64,000 nt of DNA. Origin: Antedon mediterranea (lineage: Eukaryota; Animalia; Echinodermata). Below the pieces are notes generated by a model, which did no database searches, was not told where the DNA came from, and saw only the letters and a program-made list of their open reading frames with translations. The first letter of the stretch is position 1; each line of letters begins with the position of its first letter. The stretch lies in the NCBI RefSeq assembly GCF_964355755.1, contig NC_092671.1, positions 5,332,001 through 5,396,000 of the forward strand. Direction: 5' to 3'. The translations under genes and the position numbers were made by a program. Below are positions 24,655-36,600 of the stretch, piece by piece.

Positions 24655-27600
24655 ATGTCAGCTCCCATAGCTAAAGAAACAAGACCGGAACTTTTTGCGG
24701 TATGTATGCGTGGTTTTTTATCTTGTTTTATATAGTAATGCAACGTAAAAGTTTGGGTGGTTATTATTACAGTTAGCCATTTTTTAAGCTCACGAGGCGG
24801 CCGCGCGGCATGAGGTAAATCTTCTACATTTACACTGTCGTGTACTGTACTCTGTAGCCTGTGTGTGTGAACCACCGGTCATATGGAATGGCCGGACAGT
24901 GGCCTGTGGAGGGCATTTATGCGTATAAAGTGGTAAACCCCTAAAGTGGCTAAATAGAAGTCTATTATTATTAATGTGTCAGTTTTCCAATTAGGCCTAG
25001 GCCCTATATAGTAAATAAAATAATGCATTTAATTTAATATTTTCTGTAGAGTTCTGAGAATACACACCAGAGAGAGAGAGAGAGAGAGAGAGATCCGAGT
25101 GAAGTGGGCCTAGCAGTACGATTTTTAGAGAAATGTCCAATAATAATGTTGTAATGACCTCATAATAATGCATCTTCATGACTACACTGCAGTATTTTTG
25201 CATTATTTGTTTAACAACCCTGTACCTGATATTTTTAGGGATGGGGATACATACCAGACAAAGTAAAAAAGGCACAAAAGAAGGTGGAGGCGTCACCGTA
25301 TGATGTTGATGCTTGGAGTGTACTGCTACGAGAAGCTGCGGTAAGAAACTTTAATTTAATTTCAGGTTATTTTGATGTTTAGAACATTTGTTTAATTCAA
25401 TGGAAACTTATAAATATAAAATCCAAAAAAATAAAAGATATATTTACAGGCAGAGATTCAAACCTGCAACCTTCTGCTTGATTTGCAGTTGTCCTGACCA
25501 TTAGACCACTAAAGTGTTTCATGGTATCATTCAGATATAGTGACGCCTCATAGTCGTACAGCAAAACAACACTTTAGATCTCAAGCAAGGACAATTAAAC
25601 GCACACGCAACAGAGATCAAATTGATGCACTATCATCATTCAGTATATTCACAGAGGGATCTATACATACAAATTTACATTAACAATCACAAAACAAATA
25701 GCCAATAATCACTATGATTGAAAAGAGCCCTGTTAAGTGCGCTATGTCGTGATGTTGATAAACGATGAGGAAATGAGCAACAGTTACAAAAATTAATTGC
25801 AGAAACATTACACAGTCACAACATAGTTTGGTAGAGAGTTTTAATAATTATCCTAGCTAATGATTTCTTGTTTTTATTTTTCAACAGAATCAACCAGTTG
25901 ATAAAGCAAGACCACTGTATGAACTGCTTGTATCCACGTTCCCTAACTCTGGAAGATACTGGAAAATATACACTGATCAAGAGGTTACTAGCAATCTTTA
26001 TTTTACTTTCTTGCTAATAATTCAATTAATATTTAGGATTTACAGTGAAACTTGAAGACAGAAATGTATAAGCATGCTAGATTTAATTGTGTGTGAACCA
26101 CCTTGCTTAATATAAACCACCAAGCTCAAATGTTTGCCGTTTTAGGCCCTTCCATATGACTTAATTTATATATCACCAGGTTTGCCTTTATAATGCCTTC
26201 TATTTGACTTAATTTACTGTAAATTACCCAGCTAAATATTTACCATAATACTTTTTTAGGCCCTTTCATCTTGCTTTTAAATTACCCAGCCTAAATCTTT
26301 ACCGTTTTAGGCGCTTACTCCTGGCTTAATTTAAAGGACCAATTCAGTATTGAAAAAAAAAAGTGAAAATATTAAATTCCTTCAATTCTGTATGTAATAA
26401 CCATTAAACAAAATAAGATTTTATGTGCGCTACATCTCAAATGTTACGACAATGGGCCCAGTATTGACTTTTATAACCCTTTGTTGTTAACTAAATTATT
26501 TGTGCAATATATTATCTATAATAAATATTGTTTATAATATTTCTACCTTCAATGTTTCACTTTTGTGTGGTTCATCATATTGTTTTCAGTTCATGATTAC
26601 TATTATTTTATGCATATATGGCTGTCACAGAGTTAGTATGCAAAAAATGTTCATGCTTAAAGTCTGTGATAACCGACATTCACACAGTAAATGAGTCTTA
26701 CGACTGATTTGTGTACTGCGTTTTCTTTGTTGTCTCTTTTTATTGGACGGTTTTTATTGAGTTTGAGTAGGAGAGAGAAATTGAGCTAATTAGTGAGATG
26801 TTTATATGGATTTGGATATGAGTGAGTGAAAACAGTCCTGTAGAAAAACAAAACAATAACAACAGATAATAATAAACTGAACAGTACAACACTTTATGGA
26901 TTCACCTAACCACAACAGTTGATCAAGAACATGAGCTACTGTATATAAATGTTTATTAAAACATTGTTTTATACTGCAATATACTAATTAAAATTCATTA
27001 TTGAAAAAATTCAAATTTTAAAAATTGGAATGGAAGGAAAAAAGGCCATAAAAAACCGTGTATAATAAATGATTGTATGAAACCAGTTTGGTAAATTAAT
27101 TCATGGAATAAATTATGGAAATTTTTTGTATGTTTGTACAGTACAAAAATGACAATGTTGTATTTAATATCAGAAGGTAACTCATTGTCATAATTAAGCA
27201 TTGTTTGCTCCAGGACACAACTCAAGAACATACTACTCTACTTTAATTTAATTTTGTCCTATCTTCCTTTTTCTAGTGAAAACAATACATACCATTCACG
27301 GTTCACATTACACATTAATTACTACTGACAACTGCATAAATTAACACACTTGCAAAACCTCAACAAATCATGAATTACAATGACAGATGTTTTTTTGATA
27401 CAACAATATAGTATAAGATAATTAAGTGTCTATACAGTACAGTACAACTTATCAAAATTCAGGGATTATTTCCGCCACTTTAGCATATTATAGCTAAATG
27501 CTACAATACACGCTTACAGTGTTGCTACAGTATGCATTTATCAAATGGCAGCAAATAACATACTCTAAATTTAGATTAATCGGTAGTTATTGCTTATTAA

Positions 27601-30600
27601 GTTCTTTAATGAAAATGTTCTCTGAAATTTGTGTTTCATTCAATATAGCCTACATACAGTATTTCCATGTCATTGTCAGTAATTTACGGAACCTATTTCA
27701 TACAATACAACTTGCAGAATATGTTATACAATTTGCGGAAATTTTGTTTTGAATATAAAAACAACTTACAGAACTTTTTTTTCTATAAAAAATGCACTAC
27801 AAAACATGTGTTTTTCATACAATTTACAGAGCTTTCTTCATTTGTAATGTACATGATGTGTTTTCCATACAAAGTGCACACATGCCTTGTATTTCTCATA
27901 CAAAACTAGAATTTCAATATATACAACAATTTACAAAACTTGTGTTTTTCATTTCATACAGAACTTTACAGGGCTTGTTTTCTGTACAGAACTTTGTTTT
28001 TTTTTTCATACAAACCTACATTACCAAACTTCTTACATTTTCTTAGAATGTACAGATGTTGTGTACAGAAACGAAGATGTTGAGTACTTTTTGAAAATAA
28101 ATTCAGAAAGACACTTTGGATTGAGATTTGGTTTTAGTTCTCTATGCACCGTGGTTAGAATAGTAGGTGAGCTGGGGATAGGGAGTGAGCTTTAATTTTA
28201 GATTTTGGTGAGGTTTGAGACATTGAACAATTTTGATTGAGTTTTGAATATATTGTTGAGCTGCTGTGTCAATTTTATAAGAAAGTGATATTGAGACTAC
28301 TGTAAAATTGGGGAGGTGGTGTGAAAGTGACTTGTTAAATCTTTATTACTGTAAGGGTATCCTTTCTTTTGATATGGCCAAAATCCATTTGTACAATTTT
28401 GGAATACAATGTCTAAAACAACCATCTAATCAAAAATAAAATTGTCATTTAAAGAAATCAAAAGTACAGTAAACTGTACAGTGTTATTGTTAAATTTTTG
28501 TTCCGGCTGTTCAAATTTTAAATGTACATATATATAATAAAAAAAATTAATCTGTAACTCTGATAGAGTGTTCTAGATGTCATATGATAAATAAATGCCG
28601 ATTCAAAATAAGCGGGCCTTCAAGTTTTTAATGTTACAGTATTAATGCTGTATTACAAAAAGTATTAGTGTGCATGTGAAAGTAATGCAATTGGGAGAAT
28701 AGTGTATGCAATGAGGAGACGAAGAATTAACTGTGTGAAATACTGTACAGTGTTTTGTCTTCTACTAACTAACATGCATTTTTTTTCAGCCACAAAATAA
28801 AAGTATTTCTTTTATTTTAAATAAACAGTTGCTGCCATTTATAATGTGATATTATGGTATATAAAATATTATTTACAGTTACATACTTTTGAAAAAGCAT
28901 GCTCTCTTTTAGACAATAGTAGAGTTAACTGAAATTAATTGTATTCATTTTGCACATGTGCTAATCGTAAATTTAATTTTAATATCTTCGTCAACAGCAG
29001 TGTACGCATTGATATCATAACTATGCACAGTTTAATTTGATAATATTCGTAAAGCATTTAATTGTTTTTAATATAAAGACATTAGGGTTTAATTATCAGA
29101 TTAAAGGTGTTTTGAGAATAATTAAAGAAAATGCTCAAATGACTTGTTGTTAAGTGGTAAAAAAGTTTGTGTGTGTTATTAAAACTATTGTACAATATTT
29201 GAAGCTTTGTGATTGATTTTAGTGTATTATTAGCACCAGATCATTTTAGTCATTTACACAAAGCTGTGTGAGGTAAGTACCACAGACAATAACAATACAT
29301 TGAATAAATAAATGGTAATTTAATGTGTTATGAATTTGATTGGTCTTTGGAGAATGCACTATTCTTTGTGAAAGGGAACTCCGGAAAAAGCCAACACTTG
29401 AATAAAACGACCTAACAATGGACAGTACCATTGTAAAGTAGGGGTATATACATGTGAATTTTAGTAAACGCCAGGCCCAACTATGTTTAGTTGCCTATAC
29501 TACTGAGAAAGTAATTAGGTGGTTCGAAATCCAGCGGTCTTTTACTACATGCATGCGAAAGATCATAGAGCAAAGTAGATATAATGTAACCAACGTCTGT
29601 TCATGATCATAAACCTTACTTAATTGAACTTCTCTTTGGTGGAAGCAATCACAAAATTGTTTCCCAGTTGTGTTACAGTAGTCTCAATCGGGACTGCTGG
29701 GTGTAAACACTTTTTTTCTTGGTGGGTATTCGCCAATTATTGTACTGTATATTTACGTATTTTATTTTATTAGTACAAACGAATGTCACCATTACATATT
29801 CATATAATTTTTTGAACACTTGGTCTGTGTCAACTCCGTACGTACTGTACAGTAGTTCCATTCAGATTTGAAAAGAAAGTGTTTGATGATACACCCATTT
29901 TTCTTTGACAATAGTCTGATTGACTACGTGTCAACCCGCCCTGGAGTGAGGTGTTCTACCAGGAAAGAATGAAATTACATACAGTACGTAATTTCACTCT
30001 TCCCTGGTTCTGCTGTGTTGTATCTCTTTGTTTAAATTGTCTATTCATTGACAATCAGGACAAAAGCATATGGAGCATGCGTGATTTGTAGTTCAAATCT
30101 CCCGCTTCTGTTATTTTTCTTTTTAAGAAGGTACTTTTCACGTCCTTCTGTCTCTGTCTTGGAATTTGATAAAATCACTCTTCCCTGGTTCTGCTGTATA
30201 GTATCTCTTTGTTTAAATTGTCTATGCATTGACAATCCGAAAAAAGGCATGCGTGATTTGTGGTTCAAATATCACGCTTTTTTTCTTTTTTTTAACAACG
30301 ATCCTTTCTATGATAATCTGGAACAAATCACGTGCTTCTTGCTCTGTTTTAGAATTTGATAAAATCATATTTGTTAGCGTGTAGGCCTATGGTACACTTG
30401 TCAGTATTGTGATTTGAGGTTCAAAGGTCCCGCTTCTTTATGTTTTCCATAATAATATAATCTGGCACAAATCACGTGCTTCTGTCTGTCTAAAAATGTT
30501 ATAAAATCATAATTGTTAGCCTGCGTGTTAGGCCTACGGTACACGTGTCAGAATTGTGATTTGTGGTTCAAATTTCCCGCTTGTTCAAGTACCTCTTAAG

Positions 30601-33600
30601 TACGGGTGCGAAAAAATTGTGTGAAACATACATTTACCGTACCGTATGTTTGACAAAATCAAATAATGTTAGCTGCTTGTACTGTACATTTATTTATTTA
30701 TTAACATTTTCTTGTTCTTGTGCCCGATTCAAAGTTCAAATCTGTTTTGGATTCGGATGGAATCGTATGAAGTTGTTAGCTTGTATTGTAATGGAAATAT
30801 CATTATCGTCAGTGTTATTTTGCGTGATTTCAAGTTCCCACTGCTTTGGTTTTTCTCCTTTAAACTCGATCCTTCTCACGCTGTCTTGTTCACAAGGTAG
30901 TTTATTGAAAGATAATATACACTAACGAGTAAAGCAGCATTGTTAAAATAAAGCACAGTAGGAGCCCCGGTATGTATGTGTACATAACTATGTTTTCATA
31001 ATGATGTACACTACTGCATGTTAGACGGTTGGCAATGTTCCCGATCACACTTGCATAATTCCACTAGTAAACTGTAGTGCCTACTACAATGTAAAGGTTT
31101 GCTCAAAGGAAAGAAAATTAGGCCGATTTATTGAAATTCTTTGCCCCGAATACGAATATTTTAGTCTTCGACGACTGATTTAGGCCTGATCTACTTCCAT
31201 TTTCATTATTACAGAATAAATTTAGTTACATTTTCTGTGAAGCTCAGTTCCACTGTATCTCCAGTATGTTAGTACCGATAGTATATCTCCTCCGGTAGAC
31301 CTACTCTTCTCATTGCAAAGACTCTTCCACGAAGCTTTTTCATTTTAGAACGAAGCTTAAACCTAATCTAAAATATTGATTGAGTCCGTTTTGTTTGTTG
31401 TCGTTTTTAAATTGCAAAGTTTGTTGTGGATCTTTTCAACTATGTACTGTAGTTCCCTCATCTGTTAAACATTACCTTTGTTTAGATCATAGAGGAATAA
31501 TTCCTTCATGTTTAGACCAAATTAAAACGAATGAAATCTGATTTGTTGTCAGTCACAAAAACCGTGTCAGTTATAGTAGGCCTAATAAAATGTCATAATC
31601 GGGCTTTGTAGTTGTATCTAATATAAAGATTCTGTATACGGTACTTTTATGTACATTTCTATGTACTGTACTTTCATTGAAAATTAAAAGCCCCTTTAGA
31701 GAGAACGAACCTACTTTTTATTATGATTTTGGCACATTTAGTAATTCACAATTGTGTAAAATTATTATGTAGGCCTATACATTTATGTTCTTCCACACGT
31801 TTCACGATCAATTAGATGTGACAACCTCTGTCATAGTTGAAGTATCTAAGTCAACATGTGTTCGCCCTACTTGTTTTCAGCGTGTCAGACGGCACCTGTG
31901 TTCTTTATGACAAAATATATTCTTATCAGTTGCTGAAATTAAAATTGGTTTGAACTTAAGTTAAGCCGTTACTTAGAATACCAATTCCACCAGATTCTTC
32001 CTACTGTATCTTGCTAGATGTTTTACGTATCATAGGATACATCCAGCATACAACATCACATGTGTTTCACATTATCTATTTTTAACATTTTACTGATGTT
32101 AAATATGCCAGAATTAATTTTAGTATTTCTTCATAGAGTCATTGGTTTGTGTACCCTTTTTTGGTAAAAAAAAACCCCAATCTTCCACCATGTCCATCGG
32201 GAGAAAACATCACAACGAATGCCTTCAAGGATGCAACACACTAGGGCAATAACGATCGACGATATATATAGATAAATATGCATTTTTCCTACATAACAGA
32301 AATCCAAAAAGTTTGCATCCTACATATTATAACCATTTATGATGTCTGATAAAAATAATATTTTTTTTTAAAATTCAATCAAAATGACGGCATAATTAGT
32401 AAGAGCAAAAATATCGCGACGATAAAACTTTTTAGATTTCTGTTTTTAGTAGGAAAAATGCACATTTATCGTCGATCGTTAGCGTCCTAGTGTAAATAGA
32501 CCTTTATCCCGTCATTACTGGTGATCTCAATGGTCAATGTTCAGTCTACCGAGTCCTACTCTGCCAAAACAGTCAAATTAATTAGTGTACAGCAAGATAA
32601 AAGAGGCATAACTAATAACTAAATAAAACATTTTGGCTTGAAAAAAGATCATACACCGTTAAATACATTTAACAAGCTTTCGAATTCCTCCATGGTACAG
32701 TACGACGACGGACTAAATTAAGTCATGTTAATGCATGCGTGGACATTGGGTGGGACGGGCGTCCTCAATCAATTCCTCAACAGATATGACACGTTATTTC
32801 TTGGTCCAATGTCTTCATAATCGAAAGCGTTTTATTTATTCTACGTGTATCGTTCTCTTGTTATACTAGGATGCTCCATACAATACTACTTTACAAATAA
32901 AAATATGTCCCTAATCTCCTTTCTTATCTCTCGGAATGGATCACCTGCTTGTCCTACTATTTTGTCCTACTGGTATCTCCATTTAGGTCTTTCTTTTGTC
33001 TCCTGGTGATTGTGTTTTGTTTTTTGATATACTTACGCCACAGTCATCATTTTTACTCTTTTATTCCATTTATTAAGTAATTCCATTTTATCTCTGTCGG
33101 TCTCCTGGTGAGTTTGCGGTCATGCATGTTGGTAGTTCTGCCACAGCCGTGAATTTGAACTCTTTTATTTTATTTATCCGGTACCACCAGTGATCTCCTT
33201 TTATTCTGGTGATTTTGAGTTATTTGTTAATAGTTTCGCCGCCGCCATCATTTTTTCTTTCGCTTCATTTATCAGGTATCACCATTTGTTCTCCGTTTTT
33301 CCTGGTGATTTTGCGTTGCGTGTTGGTAGATCCGTCGCAGTCATTTTGTTCTCTCGCTCCACTCGTCCGATATCCTTACTGTGTCTCCTGATTAGTTTGC
33401 GTGCGTGTTTACAGTTAATCTCTTTCGCTCCATTTATCAGTCATAACCCCGCCCCCCTCCCCACCCAACCAGGTATCCCCCATTTAGTCTCCCGGTGATT
33501 TTTGTGTTGCGTGTTGGTAGTTCCACCATGTCCCATTAATTTGAGCTCTTGCGCACTCTAATATCAAATATCTTAATTGTAGTTCTCTGTTGTATATCCT

Positions 33601-36600
33601 GGTTATTTTGCATTGTGTGTGTCGTTTACCGCAGCCGGCCATAAATGTTAGCACTGTACTTTCGCTCCATTATCCAAGTACAGTATCCCCATCCATTTGG
33701 TCTTTGCCGTGTTTCTTGATAAGTTTGCGTTTCTTGCATGTTCCGTATATCTTCCACCGCGTTCATATCTATTTGAACTCTTTCGTTCCATTTACCAAGT
33801 ATCCCGTGATGATAAGTTTTGTGTTGGAGTTCCGCCGCAGCCATCAATCGAGCTCTAATAGCTTTCGCTCTATTTATTGGAATACACATTTGATCTCTGT
33901 TATATCTGCTAATGATTTTACGTTCCATGTTCATCAATATTGAGCTCTTTCGCTATATTTATTAGGTAGGCCATTCCCTTTGGTTTCTTCTGTTTTGTCA
34001 TGCGTTGCATTTTTGCATTTCCGCGTTTTAGTCACATTGCCTAGTCTTACTTATCAATGTGTCAGTTGGTTGAGCTTTAATTCCATTTTTGGTTCTTCTA
34101 AAAACCGAGATCTCGGTAATGTTTACGCATCCGCAGTTTCTAGATAATGTTTCTTGTGTCGTTGTTTTTTCCCAAGATTGCTGTTCTTTTCCTATACATC
34201 TATTTTAGTTTTACTCTAGTTCCGTCACTAGTATTAATGATGTGTTTTCTTTGTGTTTAACCCGTTGTTAAATGCTAGGTAATTTAAACAGAAGAGCGGT
34301 AAACGATAACCGGAAATTTATAGAATATATATTTATATTTCGTATGACCATTTACTCAAAACGCCGCTCATGATAGATGTAGGAACGTGGACACGCTGGT
34401 TTTCCGGTTTCCGTTACCGCTCGTCTGTGTAAATTCGTGTGCGCCTCATATATACTGTACATTTGTTAAATACAAACTCAGACACTCCTTATTTATAATC
34501 TTGTTCCGTTATACCACAACCATACGTTCAATATTGACGATAAGATAATATAGAATCGGCAAAGCGCGGATGGATCCAGACGTGACGGAAGCGCCGATCT
34601 CTCTCCAATCACCATTTCCTGCCCATAATAATATCTTTATTGTGTATCAACTTAAATAAATATCTGATTGTTAGTAATATTATTTTCAATATTATAGAGC
34701 TTTAATTTATATACGTATTTCCTTATTCATACTCCTATCCCCTTCCCCTTTTTGTTACTGCCTTAATTGGAATTTCACACCAATATATTTTAAATCGAAG
34801 ATGTGTTCAAACAGAACAATTACCGTACCGATATCAACGGAAAAACAACGTTTCAATCTCTTTTTAATTACATAACGAACCATCCGGGTTACAAAAAAAC
34901 GCAATACGTTATATAGTCCTATGTTGATTGCTGTAATTCGTATAAAAATGTATAAAACAATGTGCATTCCATTTCTTTCATTTACAGATGAGACAAAAGA
35001 ATTATGATCGAGTTGAAAAGGTAAGAGGATAAAATATATTATTTGATACTTCGTTATATTAAACGTCTTTTGAAATCCGTTTCATATTAGTTTATGAATG
35101 AATTAGTTTCTTTTCGGCCTAAAGTCAATTTTAAATTATACAAAATTCATTCATCCATCCATACGGTTTGGAATGCCATTAATATCTAAATTCATACGTT
35201 CGGTATTTCTTACTGACGTAATTCCGTACGTATGTATTTCCGCATGTTCAGAATGTCTGACTGACGTAGTTCCGTGCGTATACGAATTCGCATGTTCAGA
35301 ATGTCTGACTGACGTAATTCCGTACGTATGTAATTCTGCATGTTCAGAATGTCTGACTGACGTAATTCCGTACGTATGTAATTTCGCATGTTCAGAATGT
35401 CTGACTGACGTAATTCCGTACGCATGTATTTCCGCATGTTTGAAGCTCGCAATTTCATACTTTCGGAATACCACGTGTATGTTCGGAATTGCCATTGTTA
35501 TTCTGTACTTAATTTTTATATGTGAATTCAATACGTTTTTAATGAATACGTTCGTCAATCCTAACGTTTGGAATTTCATACGATTGTGATAAAGTATACG
35601 TTTGGAATCCCATTCTTAACGGAATTTCTTACGGTACGGTTGGAATGGAAACATAGGTTGTGCAATAACATACTCCATATAGTTAATTATTTACGTTTGG
35701 AACGATGTGCCATTTGAATCCATACGGTCGAATAGCATGCGTTTGAAACGCTCCGTATTTAACTCCCGACTTTTATAATTCAAAACGTTCATAATCTAGT
35801 TACTTATTACGTCGTCCTACGTATCCTTTCAATTAACACGTATCTTATAATGTCGTTTGACAGTTAAGATTAGATGCCACTTGGACGCAACGCAGAGACG
35901 TAGATGTTACGCTAGAATGCGTTCGTAATATATTATCGAATACCTTTTGTTTCATTTACAGCTTTTCCAGCGTTGCTTAATGAAAGTGTTAAATGCCGAT
36001 CTGTGGAAGTGCTACCTGAGTTATGTCCGTGAAACTAAATGCACTCTGCCGTCGTTTCGCGAGAAGATGGCGCAGGCGTACGATTTCGCGCTCGATAAGA
36101 TGGGGATGGACGTGAATTCATATCAAATATGGCAGGAATATATTACTTTTCTGAAAGGAGTGTAAGTTATTAACAAATTGGTTTGAATTGTTCGTTACCT
36201 TCTAAAAACGTTACTTAAAACAAATCTGTTTGACTTCTTTAAATGCTGTATCTTAACTTTCTTTAGCACTGGTATTACGTTAGTTTTCACGCTCAATACG
36301 ATAAGAACACCAAACGTGTCTCTCATAAACCCTATCTTTCTTCTTTTTAGTCTACTAATTTCGTTGTCTTTTATACGTTTTTCCGAATCGCTGTTTACGT
36401 TCTTCTTTCGTATTTACATCCGTTCATTTTTTCTCCAGTTTTCTTTCTCAATTTGTTTTTTCTTGTATTGCCTTTATTTTCTATTTATACATCCTTCCTT
36501 TTTTTGTTTTTCCTCTTCAGTTTTCTTTCTCAACCATAACGTTTTTTCTTGTTTTGCCCTTTCCTTTTTCTATATATACATTCTTCCTTTTTTTAATTAT

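Noticed and set aside
25133-25150. ATG TCC AAT AAT AAT GTT|gtaatg as CSTF3 exon 1
   Set aside because: Phase-compatible, but the donor is weak and it lies away from the CpG-rich promoter-like patch. 24655-24699 is preferred, though neither is proven.
28357-28365. U12-type donor GTATCCTTT in CSTF3 intron 3
   Set aside because: The same 9-mer occurs at 35821 and inside a light-chain exon, has no adjacent exon, and is roughly expected by chance.
35151-35589. Cys-rich (CSEC) and His-rich repeat ORFs resembling zinc-finger or metallothionein proteins
   Set aside because: They are translations of a 48-bp minisatellite, open on both strands, inside CSTF3 intron 4, with no splice or promoter support.
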